Assembly (NCBI RefSeq): GCF_009834535.1
Contig: NC_045696.1
Coordinates: 35,714,001-35,778,000, forward strand
DNA length: 64,000 nt
Reading direction: 5' to 3'
Source: Camelus ferus
Taxonomy: Eukaryota
The translations under genes and the position numbers were made by a program. The notes under the pieces are model-generated. The model was not told the origin of the DNA and did not search any database. It saw nothing but the letters and a program-made list of their open reading frames with translations. Below, one piece after another: positions 1-13,990 of the stretch (the first letter of the stretch is position 1; the number at the start of each line of letters is the position of its first letter).

Positions 1-3000
1 AGTGTGTTAGAAATCAAATCAGGGTCATTAGGAAGTCTCTGCTCAAAAAAAGGAAATTAAACTCTTACAGTCATGTACCTGTGCTTCCTGTGGCACGTGA
101 TTTTATATTCCAAATTGTGCTTTCATTTTTTTTTCCTACTGCAGACAAATAACATCAGCATCACATCAACTCAAGTTATAATTGATTCATTACCAAGGAT
201 CACAATGAATGTGCCTTGCTTGTAATTATAATCTAGTACAAATTACGTACATTTAAATGAAAACACAAAGAGCTCCTGGGGTGGGAGAAAGATGCCGGTT
301 TACACAAAATGCTATGCATTGGAGAAGGCAGTAGTGGGGTTGTGACTCATTAAATCTGGAAAGTTACATGCTTCACTCCTCCAATTGGTGAATCTTTATA
401 CCTGTTCCTTGTTAAAGTCTCTAGAAAGTGCAGCTCTAAACATCTGTTTAACTGTGCTCATTCTGTATCATTTGAATTCATTTGAACACAGAAGACTTTT
501 CATTAGGTATTTGTTTTGCAGACCACATGCTGGGAAACTATTCTGAGTCACAGCACAACATTTCCTACCGACCTGATGGTCAGAGTCTGAAATAATTTTG
601 TGTTTGTTTTGTGTTTTATTAGTTTAGAAATTCTATGGTAAAATACATCGGGCACCCTGATCATCAATTGTTATCTGTTATAGTGTGTGCAAGTTGTATC
701 TTTTCAGAAGAACTATTGATTTTTCCTTCAATCATGTCTTAGTAGATTGGAAGCTAAGATTTCTTAGAAGTAGTTTAATTATTGAGGAGTGAATTAAATG
801 CCCACATTTCCCGGGACCCAGCTGGTATAGAACACAATTTTTATTTCATCAAACCTAAATTAATTCAGTGCTATGTGTCTTTTTTATATTGGTTATATAA
901 TGCATAATGAAATTCTCTGAGAATATGAATTATCTCCGATCTGGTTGCCGTTATGAAACACTTCATACCAAGTGAGTGTGAGGCCACCTTGCAGAGAACA
1001 ATGGAAAATAAGTAGTCAGCTTTCATCGGAGGGAAATGTATAATTATGAGTTAACCTTGAAAAATAACTCTTCAAATAGAGGGATACTTAGTTTTCTTTG
1101 GAGTGAATCACTTTATCCTGAAATAGTGTCCAAGACACTAAGAGCAGACCAGCCCCAAACAGAAGAGCTTGCAAAGGCATTGGGCTATAAATCACTGTGG
1201 GGCAGGACTGACCTGGAAGCAGTGCCAGGAGGAAGTTTCTTTGATAATTTACAGTTTCTCATGCCCCACTATAAACTATGAGATGTGATACCCCTTATGT
1301 CAGTGAAATGTTGACTTGCTTGCCTTTCTCTGCATGGCTCCAGGATTGATCCAATGTCTCTTCCATGACTTAATTAGTTTGATGTGGCTAAACATGTGAA
1401 CGGTAAATGTTCTGATGTCCCGGGAGGTCCAGAGGAAGGGAAAAAAGAGGCAAAAGGAATCTATGCTGCTTGGGCCAGGAGTTACCTCACTGTCACTTCC
1501 AGACTGGCAGAGAGAGAATTAGCGATGTTCCTTCTGCAGCCATCAGCAGGTCACGGTGCTTTCCTGCTCATCCATTGGACCTGCGGCTGTAGAGAGCAGC
1601 CACCTGGCTCTCTTTGGGGAACTGGGCTGCATCTCGGGATGTGAGACTCAGAAGGAATGGAATCTCAACGTTTCCGACTACTGTTTAACCATAGCCGCTC
1701 AGTGCTTGTTCTTTGGTTGCCAACATACACTATGTCAGAATCATGATTTTTGACAGAAAACGGAAATGCAGGAGATGACATAAAATTGAAAGCAGTGACA
1801 TAGATCAGAATCGATTTGAGGGAAAAGCATCTTCATATACACAAATTCTCCCCTAAGACATGATCTTTATCTATTACTTTTGACCTCACCCTGACCTCTT
1901 TTTAAAATCCTGTTGCCATGAACTAAAGCAATGAGGTCACCTCAACTCTTCCTTGACAGCTTCCTGCTAACAGTTTAGATCCTTAAATAGTTCTGCATGT
2001 TTCTCCGGGCTGCTTCAGCCAGACCAGCCAGTCACCCTGAGGTCTGCAATATAGATGCCATATATTAAGGCTCTTTATGGCTAGAAAAATGACACGTGGT
2101 ACTTATAAAGTCAAACTGAAATATGTCTAATTTTGTCACAATGTTTGGGAAAATTGCAACTGAACATCTTCAAAGAGATTTTAGTGATTCCAAACAGTCT
2201 CCAGCCAGAGGCATGGTCAGGGATAGAAGTAAAACTGCTTGAATGAAGGAAAGATGTGAGAATGTTAATTTACATCTACATTATCAGAGCTGGTTGTGAA
2301 AATGTTTGCATACAAGACATTTTATTAAGAATAACACATGGCATAGACTGAAGAGCAGTGTTTGTTTTTCAGTGAGGCTAATTCCAACTCATTTTTAATA
2401 TGTATCTTCAGGCAACAGTACAGCTGGCTAGTGACCTCTTGCAAAAATACTGAACAGAGTTCTTCATTTGTCTAATACAAGAGATAGTGTATGACCCAGG
2501 ACTAAGGCAAATTTATCATCCTGACAGGAAAAGATAAAGCATCTAATAACTGAGTGATACCATATGTAGACTCTTTCAGAAATATTTAGGACTTCTACCC
2601 CGTATAATAGCTATCTCAGTTTTATCTGCATCTTCTCTTTTTGATATCGTGTTGTTGAAGTCAACAATATAAATTCAATGACTCACTGAACTTCTGCTTG
2701 TGAAGACCTGATGGATGGTTCTAACAGGGAAAAGGTATGTGCAGGTGGGAGCTGAACCTTTATTCTCAAGGAGCATCAAGCCAGACACAAATCAGTCAAA
2801 TCAGAACTTGCTGCTGTGCAGACGGGGAGCTGTTCGTGGAGAACAGGATGCTTCCACATACCGTTTTTATCTCCTATCAGATGTAAGTGATTCCAGTCAG
2901 CCTTGAATAAAACTGTACAGAAGGAAATGTTTATCACTTTGTCTCAAAACAAATTAACCTTTCAAAAATATTTAAACTCTATCAAATATAAATTTTCCCT

Positions 3001-4339
3001 GATGCACATGTAAGGGAAAGAGGACTTCCCGGCATGAGACTTTGAGAACTACCATGAGTTAGAGCATTCTTTAAACGTCTTCTTATAGGACCTCACCTGG
3101 CCTCATTCCTGCCAAAAATAAACACTTCTTAGGTCTCTAGTGTCACAATTTCAGGTCCAAGAAGCACTTGATAAAACTATTCTGATTTTTCTTTTGGAAC
3201 TTTAAGTGTCAGACTTGAGCTCTGAAGCTCAAGTGACAACCTGATTATCTAGGGAATTACCTCAGAGCCATGAGAAAGGAGTTCTCAGTAGCAGAGTTTT
3301 GTTTTGCCAAAATATAAAATGAAGAGTGAATACAGCAAGAGTAGTATATAATACCGCCACATGTGCTCTAGGTTGGAATGGTATCTGATGAAAAGATTCA
3401 GGTTTAGAAATGAGCAGTCATAACCTCACAAGTTTTGATCATTCATAAGAGTGCAGATATTATTTCAGCATTCGTAATCACAGATCAACAAAATTAATTT
3501 TTTTCATATAGGAACATTGACTAAGTAAAATTATATCGGGGTTGGTTTATGTGTGTGTGTGTGCTTCTTCCTGCTAAACTTCAGCTAGCTGGTACTAGAA
3601 CAAAAGTGCCTCTGAAATGGAAATGTGGATGTCTGCCGGAGACAGGGCTACACGCTAGCACTTGCTGATGTGGCCTTAGAGGATGCTGTGCAAGAGGGTT
3701 CTCAAACCTCAGAATTCTTATTTTAGTAAATTCTTTCATCTGTTGTACTTTTGCAGTTTAAATCAGATGACATTGCTGCTTGTCTAATATAAGATGATGC
3801 ATTATGTTGAAGTGGAAGAAATACACACAGTGACAGGGATACAGCGAAAGCTCAGGCTTCCATTTAATAATTGAGTGATACCACGTGTAGAACCCCGAAT
3901 GTTTACAAAACTGTGTGGGTGGGTTTATGGAACCAGGCCTTTCCCTGGATGTGGAGACCTGTTTACAGACTTACTCCAGTAGAAAGAGAAAGATCGCTGG
4001 GCTTGATCAAAACACCCTTTGGGAAGGGCTGGCCAACTTGGATGGGCTTTTAATCTTCAATTTAAAAACAATATTAGTATTAAGTTTGTTTTTTACTATT
4101 TCTTCATTGGGAAGTTGACTCCGTTATTATGTTGCCATTTCACACTTGACTTGGGCTGTGTATCCTTTATGAATAGACATGCATTTTATTGTATTTTAAC
4201 ATATTACAGGATTTGTGTTTAGTATTTTAAAATGTGATAGAAGAATTGGTCAAGTAAAACAATTATCACATTATCATTGCAAGGCACAAAATGGTCATGC
4301 AAATAACATCTCATAGGTGATGATCAATGCATTTCACTT

Positions 4340-6077
4340 CAGTCCCCCTTGGACTACAAGCATATGTCTTCCTACTTGAGAGGGCAGGGAGTTAGACCTC
4401 TGGTGCATCCCCCGCCATCCTTGGAAGAGTGCTCATGAAAATTGCTTGGAGAGACTGTGTGACAGGACCCCCATGCTAAGTTCAGGGTGTGTTTGCCAGT
4501 TGACTTTTGTATTTTTTGTTTGTTTGTTTTGCTTTTTACATGAAATATTGTAAAGAAATGGTTAGAAGTGTCCATCAACTGAGAGTGTATATTGTTCTGT
4601 AATCATTCAGCCCACATATTTGTCTTATCCCAGGCTCACAAGAATGATTTTAAGGACTTCCACAAAAGAAGATTCTAGTTTTCATAAGCAATTTATTTTA
4701 CTGTTTAACTTCATGAAGTGCATGATCCTGTCTGACATACCGTCTTAAAGACGTAAATTATTTCCATATCCTCGAGATGTAATCTGGGTGATAAGAGGGA
4801 ATTTTTAAATACATACTCCTATAAAAACTGATGAATTTAAAAATAGTTTTTAAGGACTCATTTAGCTTTCAGCTACCAACTTAAATAACCCTGGTCACTT
4901 TAGAATCCTTTTTTTTTTAATAATTAATTTTAATTAAAAGTCTAACGATGAACACACTCTTTTGTAATACAAAATGAAAAGCATTACATATAAGGTTAAT
5001 ATCTGCTTTGTTCGTCACCCCCAATTTCCCAGAGGCAGTCACTGGTATCAGTTTGGTCTGTAACCTTCTAGCACTCTTTCTCAGGATTCATGTAGACCTA
5101 CAGAGCCCGAGAAGGTATGTATGTATGTCTAAATATGTGTCTGTGTCTGTGTTACTTACACATGAGATTTTTGTCAGTTGCTGAGTGTGACTGCTCAAGT
5201 GTTCATTCCAGAACTAGGAAAGAACCCCAGAATAGGTTCAGGGATTCACTGGACTCACTGTCAGATGGACCTGAGCACAAACTCCCTTGATCACTTGACC
5301 TCCACAAACAAATTCCTACTCTGATTTGTGGACCACATTTTGGGTCTCTACAAATTAGTATCAGGTCAGAGCTGATGTACAGTAATCTGTGAAAATTTCA
5401 ATTCTTTCCCTTTCCCCAGTGAACAGTCATCCTGGTAAAGGGCCAGAGGTCCTTCGGGGAAGGCTGGAGAAACAACGGTATAACTTTTATTTTGTCAGTG
5501 TAGCGGGGTCCTTCCTCCAGGAGACCTGCCCCACTTCATTCAGGGCGTTCAGAATCTGTGCTTATTCCCTAATAGCAACTCTCTAATTTTGTCAGGCTAA
5601 TATATGAAGATTTATCCTATTATTCTGGAACTGTTCTGTAGTGTTAAACAGCCATTCCCATAGTAACAAACATTTTTATTATTCCCAAGTTTTTTTTTTA
5701 ACACACTTATAATGTACATTAATGCACATTTCCTCTTGAACATATGCAGGTGTTTCTTTTGGTTACAGCCTAAGAAATAAAATACTAAAACATAAAAAAA
5801 TTTATAGATTTCCAGTGTTGTACCAAACTGAATCACCACTAGCACTCTATAAAACCAAATTTTCTTACCATTGAGAGCACTGAATGATATAAATGGGAAA
5901 CTGGAAGCATGAAAGAGTGGCATCCTTGCCAATGTGATGTCCACTGTACATGAAAAGAGCTAGTCCTCCCAAGATCACAAGTACACACTCCCTGTCTGAG
6001 GAAGCAGGGAATGGTACCTGCGGTCCCCCACCCTTTCTCCTCAGAAAGGGGCTCAAGAAAACTGCTTGGAGTGACTG
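4340..6077. mobile_element. Ancient element bounded by ~120-bp degenerate direct repeats (probably MamRep605-like), interrupted by later insertions
   Basis: 4341-4460 and 5962-6080 align by hand at about 80/120 identities, mostly transitions (e.g. gctcatgaaaattgcttggagagactgtgt vs gctcaagaaaactgcttggagtgactgtgt). The family name is from memory of the internal segment ggttcagggattcactggactcactgtcagatggacctgag (~5235-5275). Confidence 0.6.
4900..5170 (-). mobile_element. Old L1 (L1ME-like) 3' end fragment
   Basis: cccagaggcagtcactggtatcagtttgg...ccttctag pattern typical of antisense L1ME 3' ends, preceded by a T-tract. Confidence 0.55.
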
Positions 6078-6682
6078 TGTCTTAGAGGTTCCTAAACCAT
6101 CCTCAGATTTGATGATTCACTGGAAGGCCTCAGGAGATTTTAAAAAGCTGCCACACTCATAATTATAGTTTATGACAGTGAAAGGATGCAGATTAAAATC
6201 AGCAAAGGGATAAGTTGCATGAGGTGATGTCCAGGAGAATCAGGCACAAGCTTTCAGGTGTCCTTTCTCAGTAGAGTCACATGGACTTGCTTAATTCTCC
6301 CAGCAGCTGCTATGTGACAACCCACACGAAGTGCTGCCAACAGTGGAAGCTAAGCAGAGTGCTTGGTGTTTAGGATTTGTCCTGGGAGCCAGTTGTACAG
6401 GCATGTGATGTCTACTTGGACTGAACTTAGCTATTCAGACACCAGCCACCCAGACAAAAACATGCATTCACTATAAATCATATTGTTAGCATGCATTATC
6501 TAAACATACTGCTACCTACAGGCTCCGTGACTCAGGCGTAAAAAAAACAGTCTTATCAGTTAGAATATTACAAAGACTCAACACTCATCTCCCAGGAGCC
6601 AGCCAAGAGCCAGTCCTGAAGACAGTATTTCTTGGAAATGTGCAGATTTGAGCAACTCACATCCACTGAGTTAAATTTTCAG
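6076..6682 (-). mobile_element. MER21-type LTR
   Basis: Hallmark segments gatgattcactggaagg, gattaaaatcagcaaaggga, cacaagctttcaggtgtcc, gcttaattctcccagca, ending near ctgagttaa. Confidence 0.75.
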
Positions 6683-6684
6683 AT

Positions 6685-7050
6685 TTTTCATTGCTATTAT
6701 GTATAAATACAGTATTTTTATAATGATCTTGTATCCTACAACTTTGGTAAACTCATTATTACTCTATATTTTTTTCTGTCTTTTTTAGCACCTATAAAGA
6801 CCCTTCTCCTTTAATCTCAAAAGTTACTTTTTAGTTATATTGATAGTTATCTTTATCCTAATGTTCCATTATAGTCTAATCTTTAAATTGCAGGAAAACT
6901 TTTTTTAGTATTTTTATTTAAATACACTGCTGGAAATGATGTGTTAATATTTAAAGAATTTTTGCATTTTTGTTCCTAAAATTAGATTGATCTACAACGT
7001 CATTTTGTTGCCCGATATTTTTCTCATATTAGTGTTGGTTAAAATCTTAT
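6685..7050 (-). mobile_element. Old L1 ORF2 fragment
   Basis: gatcttgtatcctacaactttggtaaactcattatt resembles antisense L1M ORF2. Confidence 0.5.
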
Positions 7051-7919
7051 CATAGTCATAACTTCCCAAATTTTCACTCACCATTAAGTTATAAACTCTC
7101 CAGATTTCTCAATCAACATCTTCTAAATTATGGGCTTTAGAAAATGTTGTAATAGTAAACTAAGAGATCTAAATTGTGCTTTTTAAATTTACTTATCCGT
7201 CTGCATTCACAAATTTATTTTGAGTCCATGATTAGTATTATTTACCTTAACTTAGAGATCCATTCTACTGTCCTAGTATATACTCAGCCATCACATCTCT
7301 TTCATTTTTATATGTTCACCTTTCATAAATGTATCTTATGGCATTAATTGAGACCTCTTCTTTTTGTCATAAAAATACAACTTTTATCTCAATTTGTGTA
7401 ATTGTGTAATACCACACAGAACATGAAAAAGGAGATGACTAGCTGTCCTTTCTCTTCTATGTTTTTTACACATAATTCTGATATAAATTTAAAGCTTGTA
7501 AGTGTTCAATTTCCATTGCACTGACGAGCTCACTTATACTTAAGATATGTGAATTAGATATCCAGTTTATATAAAGTACATTCTTTGAAAGAGAAGATAA
7601 ATGCAAATGAGATTCACAGTAGGGAATTCCTAACTTTTCAGCCAAATCATTTTCTTCTTTTCTGAAAAAGGGAACACAAGAACATTCACTTAACACTTAC
7701 CACCAGAAAAAGACTCACAAACTCAGTAAAACATCTATTCAAGTTCTTTTATAATAGGAATGACAATAGTGCCTTACGTGTCGAGCCGTAGCCACTATTT
7801 CTGTCCTCAGTTCAGCCACAGGGCAAGAAATTCCCAAAGAAGCTTCCATTTGACTCCAGTGGGATGTAGAAGTGATTCTTCCTGTCCACCCCAAAAAAGA
7901 TTATGATGAAAAGAGAATT

Positions 7920-8085
7920 AAACTAGGAGCCAGAACACCTGATTAGCCTCTTATCTTCGTCATAAATATTGTGAGACATTGAGCAAACCGCATTTTCATC
8001 TCTGTGAATATTGCTTCCATGTAAGATGAAGGGGTCAAAATAGATACCTCTAAGGTCCACTCCATATCGAGAATTCTATGATATT
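7920..8085 (+). mobile_element. MIR SINE (MIR3/MIRc-like)
   Basis: Degenerate core tgtgagacattgagcaaaccgc...catctctgtg and 3' end ctctaaggtccactcc...attctatga. Confidence 0.5.
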
Positions 8086-8584
8086 ATGTTGATTAGAGTC
8101 ATAGTATCTAAGTGTTCCTTGATAGCTTAAAACTGGAAGTTTAACCTTCATGCTAGAAACACATTTGATGTTGAAATTAGCTGATTTATTTTGAAAGAGC
8201 TTAGCTTTGATCTAATGCATAGATTCAGGACATCATGATGTGTTTTAAACACAATTTAAACATTAAATGACAGTCTGAAGAGAGAATTACTGCAACATCC
8301 AAATTTTTAAAAAGAACTTGTATTGCAATTTTATCCTTAATTAGCCGAGTTTCAAGTAAAGTCCTTACAAAAAATAGACTGCTATTTGTTTATTTGCTTT
8401 ATTCCAAAGAGCCTTTACACAGAGCTTCAACTAATAGTGGTAACAGAATATAGGTAAAGCTTTAATTTATCACAAATATATATTTTTCAATATTTACTGC
8501 AACACATTATTAGATATTTATTTACATGATTTAAAATTAAGTATAAAATTTTGGGTTTAATAATGACTGGATAAAAATACATTT

Positions 8585-8742
8585 GATATAGCACAGGGAA
8601 ATACATTCAATAGCTTATAGTAGCTTATGGTGAAAAAGAATATGAAAATGAATATATGTATATCAATGTATGACTGAAGCATTGTGCTGTACACCAGAAA
8701 TTGACACATTGTAAACTGACTATACCTCAATAAAAAAAAAAA
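8585..8742 (+). mobile_element. 5'-truncated younger L1 3' end (artiodactyl/camelid type)
   Basis: tatagcacaggga...tgtgctgtacaccagaaattgacacattgtaaactgactatacctcAATAAA + poly(A); degenerate TSD aaaaatacattt (8573-8584) / aaaaatcagattt (8738-8750). Confidence 0.85.
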
Positions 8743-9559
8743 TCAGATTTCTATATTGAAGGATCCCCTTCCTAATCTAAATGAAATCTTAGGAAAATGA
8801 TTCAGCTCTGGGATACATGGTTTAATCTCTGTTCATGACTTTATTATTATCGTTGGTTATATTGTATTTTATATCATTTATCGAGTAATAATCCCTTGTG
8901 CTTTTCAATGTATATTTTAAACTCCAACTAAAATAATAATGCTAAAAAAATGAAAAAAAAATTTTAAAGTTTTAAAATTAAAATTTTGATAGAAATCAAT
9001 ATAAATATAAGATTCACCAACCAAAATTGGACTCATTTTTAGTGTGGATTATATTTCTCTCTTTTGTTAATCTTCATTGCGGAGGCAAACTTCTTACTAT
9101 AGCTTATGTTTTAATTAATTTTTTCCTTCCATTATATTTCTGTGGATGTTTGTACAAATTATTTATATTTTGTACTCAAATTTAGTTTAACAAAATTAAA
9201 AAACCCAACATACCCAATAACCACTTGAAAATATTGATCTAAGTTTTGGAATTAAAAAGATTATTTAAAATGGTGGTTCCAAGCCCTAGATCTGATTCAC
9301 TCAATATAAAGTCTATATGAAGTTAAAAAAAAATGAGATGTGAGAAGCAATTAGTGATAAAGTTGACAAGCAAATATTAAAAAAAATTTTAAGATATATT
9401 GCCAGTTTTCTGAGTTTAATTTTACCTAATATAGGGTAGTTTTAGAGGAATTTGTTGAGATATTTATTGTATTTACTGGTAAGAGCCACCTATTTTTTCT
9501 TTCAATGTCTCATTTCTCTTTTTTATTAATTTTCTTTTCTTCTTTAACAGTGTAGAATG

Positions 9560-11010
9560 TTTTAAGTTGACATAACAAAGAAGAATATGACTAAGTTCTT
9601 GCTTCCAAGAAGCTTAATATCCACTTGGAAACTGAGAATATTTACCAAAAAAAAAGAAAAAGAAAGAAAGAAAGAAAGAAAGAAGAAGAAAAAAGAAAAG
9701 GAAACCTAAAAGTATAAATTAGTTAGTGGTTAGTGCCAAATTAATTTTCTCTATTATAAAGCCAGGAAATTAAAATGAATGAAGATAAGACATTTCTGCA
9801 GTGTAAAAAGGAATTCAAATTGACAAGACAATGTATATAAAAAATAAAAAAGAAATATACTCATTCCTCCTGTAGTGAAGAGCTCAAAAATATAGACTCA
9901 ACTAGGCAGATAGCACAGTCAGATACTAATGAGTAAATCATATATCTTTTCTGTAAGTAGAAAGATAGCAATTTTAGAAGTGTATTTTTAAATATTAAGA
10001 AAATAGTGTTTGAACAGTTTTCTTGAATACAATTTTATCTGTTTTTAGCAGAAGAAAATGAGGTTGAAAAGAAACAAATTTAGGAAGATGAATAAATCCA
10101 GTTTTGTTTTGCATAATAGGAATGTTGGAAATTTTGACAAACTTTTTGCATGAAGTGATGTATGCTAAACTAATGCTTTCAAAGGTTCTTCTGCCAGTAG
10201 TGTGTACATTGTATTTAAGGGGGCAAGAAGACAGCTGAGGAGATCATTAAATCAGCCATAGACGTATGAGTCAATTGCTTGGACTAGAAGATGATAATAG
10301 TTTTGGGAATGGAAAGAATGGGGAAAATGAAGGCAGCATGCAGTGGAGGGACTTACTGAATGTAATAATTAAGTAGATTGAAAAAAAGTCATGAAAAATC
10401 GCAAGAATGTGAGCTGAAAACTTAGAAAATGAACGCTCTACTAGGAGAAATAAAGCTGCTTGTGGGAGAACCAAGTCTGGGGGAAATTTTGATGTATTTG
10501 ATCAACAAGCATTTAAGACAATGATTATGCATTTCTTTGACAACTTTTATTTAGGGCTGATCCAGAGAAATTTGGCAAATTTAGAAATTATTTAAGAGGA
10601 GTTTATAGTTGAAATCATTGGAAGATATGAAACCTCCAGGGGAGAAATAAATGAAGAGCAGAGAGGTAAAAAGTATAATGCAGTGGCATGATTTAAACAA
10701 TGGCTGATGTGAGACAACCCAGGAAACAGAAATAGTCAATGGAGAGTAAGGGAGAACTGGAACCCTCTAATGCTGTGAAATCAGCGAAAGATTTCAAGGA
10801 GAAGATGTGCAGTGTCACATCGTTTGAAAAAAAATAGGACTAATGATGACAAAGAAGAGCTTTGCCATTTACAAAAGGAGATCACCGGTTAACTTCAACA
10901 AAGGCACTTGTTAGAAGTCAGAAACCGCATCATGGGATTAAGTCATGAGTTAGGAAATGGAGGCATATAGCAAGAGTGGAGTGTTCTTGAGAATTTCGTA
11001 CTGGGAGAGA
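9560..11010 (-). mobile_element. L2 LINE remnant
   Basis: Long purine-rich degenerate stretch with antisense L2 motifs (ttcttgcttccaagaagctta; gaagtgatgtatg...ctttcaaaggttcttctgccagtagtgtg). Confidence 0.6.
9648..9702. repeat. A-rich/(GAAA)n microsatellite
   Basis: aaaaagaaaaagaaagaaagaaagaaagaaagaagaag. Confidence 0.9.
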
Positions 11011-12689
11011 AATGCACATAGGTCTCTGGGTTTAGGATTAGAAATTGTTCAAAACTGGTATAAATTTCTCATTTCTTTCAGTTGAGAAATTTGGTTCAGA
11101 ATGCATTTGGTTCAGAAGTAAAACAGAAACAGGCCATGAACAAAGCAATTCAGAACCAGGCAGTTCTAAGTTGGACTTACTGACATATCTGGGCTCTGTA
11201 ACTATTCTCTGTACTGTAATTATCTACCTACGTCCAGGTTGTAACTTCCCAAAACTTAAAGAGTAGGCAAGTAAAACAATTGACTTTAAAATGTGTGGTA
11301 ATTTGTACTTACCAGCCAAGAAAGGGTATCCAGGGAAGAGGAATAATTTAAGGAAAATGTATGTGTTAGCGGGGCTGGAGTCTCCAAGAAAAAGCCCCTA
11401 AACATTTCAAAGATGGAGCAAAGCACCACTGGAGTCAGGCCATTTGTCAATAGAGAAAGTTGTAAGTGGTAAGATGAAAGGTTTACTTTCTTTATTCCCG
11501 TGACCTTTGAGGAGTGTATAATCTAGGATCTTTGTTTTGTCCTCAAACCATACCGATGGTTCTAATCAAAAGTCACTTAGGGGTGATTATTTAAAAATAA
11601 ACTTTTGGATGCTGTATTGTGAATTTTAAACACTGTCACCTATTATCATTTAGGAAAATGTATATATTTGTATTTTTTTGTCTCATTAAACACTGTTAAT
11701 TTTTGTGTTCTCCAGCCAGAAGTTTCACTGGAATGATGACAGGGAAGGAAACAGATGCCCAGATTAAATATGTTATGATATATCACACAATATTGATAGC
11801 CAAGGCCACAGAGACTGTCAGTGGCAGACTGAACGATTTTGTCAACTCCATGTTAAGTTCTAGACTCTAAATCTGATGCAAACTGAAAATGTCATAAAAA
11901 GTTTAAAGGGCTGTAAATCCATGATACACGCGGCAAATAAGATAAATGAGTTAAAACCTAAAACATATTAATTTAAATTAAGACAAAAATTAGTATAGAA
12001 TACATGATCAAAAAGTATGTAAGAGAGAATTCTGGGCATGAGGGGTTTCCTATGCTAATTATTATTTTAAACAATTGATCTCATTCATTCAAAATCACTT
12101 GTGCAATTAATAAGTACAAATGCTTTATTTATATATTTGTTTAAAATTATTTTCTTAATCAACAGATTTAAAAATAAGCTCACCTTTATTCTACATTACC
12201 TTAACATTATAATGCTGAAAAATACTTCTGCAGCCTGGTATTTGAAAAATAAAGTGAAATTTACCTTCAATTGCCCAAGAAGAATTACATTATCACACAT
12301 TTAAAGTAAAATTTTCTGAAATTTGAATCCAGGAAACATCCTTCTAAATTTTAAGTAAACTTTCATTAAATACCTATTAGTTATCTTAATAAGAATAGTT
12401 CACTTCTATCATCTTTTCTTCTCTTTTTTTTCTCCTTTCTATTTGCCTTCTACCTGTGGTAGCTGGATTTTATACGAACTCTCGGTCAGTTTCTGCTATC
12501 TTGAGGAATAAATTATGGATTTGGAAGCAGACCTAAGACAACAGACAGAATTGTAAAGTAGGGAAGTAAAAGGTTTGATGATATAAAGACGTTAACATAT
12601 TCGAACTTAGTGCTGTCAATGATCTGTCCTTAGGAAGCAAGAATGAGGCACCTAAAGGTCATGATGCTTGAGTAATTCAGGAAATGTTA

Positions 12690-12691
<2 letters not shown>

Positions 12692-12721
<30 letters not shown>

Positions 12722-12722
12722 G
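12692..12722. repeat. poly(A)-(AAG)n microsatellite
   Basis: aaaaaaaaagaagaagaagaagaagaagaag. Confidence 0.9.
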
Positions 12723-13799
12723 TAAAGACAAGAAAATAAATGCTTGAGAAGTTATTGCAAGAAGATAAAATAATGATTCTATGGTATGTCATTCCTCACA
12801 GATACCAAAGTAATGCAACCTATGAAAGGCAATTGTCAACATATGGTAATGTGTAGACTGATGCTAATTAGACAGGTTTTTACTCCACACATAGTCTGGC
12901 CTTTGCAGTTCTTGGTAGTCATAAACACAAGGAGTTACTGATTTAACGACAGGCAGAATTTCCTGCTGAGCCAGGAAGAAGATAATGGCTTAGATTGAAG
13001 TTTTAAGTGTTAACTAGGAGACATATTCAAAACAGCTAACACTTACCGATTTTTTAGAGGAAGGACACGCTTGTATTAGTTTAGAGATATTATAGGAAGG
13101 AATGACACTATAACTTCATTTGGTTATTTACTAAGCAACAGAAACTTCTGAAATTTTCCCAGGTGCAATGAATTTATCTTTCATTGCTTTTTTTTTTTTT
13201 TAACTGAGATAAGCACTGCCACAAGAAAGTATTAAAAAGGATACCATCAAGATATCCTACCCAACTCTTTCTGCAAATTAATTTAGGTAGATGAAGGAGG
13301 CAATACACATATACTTCTGTTAAAAAGGAGAATGACAAAAATATTTTGTCGAAATGGAGAAAATCTCAGTCTTGTCACTGTTCTCCAAAAGACAAATTGC
13401 TCATATCACCATTAGCCATAACTCTACTAAATTTCACCACGGGATCCCTACCCCGGCATTCTTGACTTGTTCCTTTGAGACAACATAAAAGGGAGACTTT
13501 ACAACAGGGTTGTAAAACATGAGGTCCTGTAGGTATTTTAAGTGACTACACATATGTATTTTGAGTATAACTTTTTCAGCTGAAAATTACATGTATTGGC
13601 CTTTTTTCCTTTACAACTAATATTTATCCCCAACTCAGAAAAGTAGATCTGAGAAAATAAGAAATTAGAAGCAAAATATAGTGAAACTGCCTAATATACA
13701 CACAGTGATGATCACTGTCTGTAAATTGTTATAACTGAAACATTTTTCCTGGATGTGACATTGATAAAGTTCATGTGGATGCCCACGAAACAGGATACA

Positions 13800-13990
13800 A
13801 CCGTTTTGTCTTTATGCAGTTTACAATATACCTTCCCAGAAGTGAAGTTTTATTTTAGCTCTTAAGTAAAATTCTATAAATTATCTCAGGAAACCGAGTC
13901 TCAGAAAAATTTAACTGATGTCTTTAAGGTCACAAGGTTAATAAGTCTGAGAGATGAAACCAAATTTCTAGGTCTTCTGGTTCATTCCTC
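13800..13990 (-). mobile_element. MIR SINE
   Basis: caggaaaccgagtctcagaaaaatttaactgatgtctttaaggtcacaaggttaataagt = antisense MIR core. Confidence 0.6.

Noticed and set aside
1036..1753. Three short ORFs and an exon-like - strand segment ending GAG|GTAACT at ~1485
   Set aside because: No recognisable protein; the - strand frames I translated stop early; no supporting neighbouring exons.
13400..13530. Possible - strand exon after ctacag, and hairpin tttacaac-agg-gttgtaaa
   Set aside because: Weak polypyrimidine tract, unrecognisable translations, and an 8-bp stem is expected by chance.
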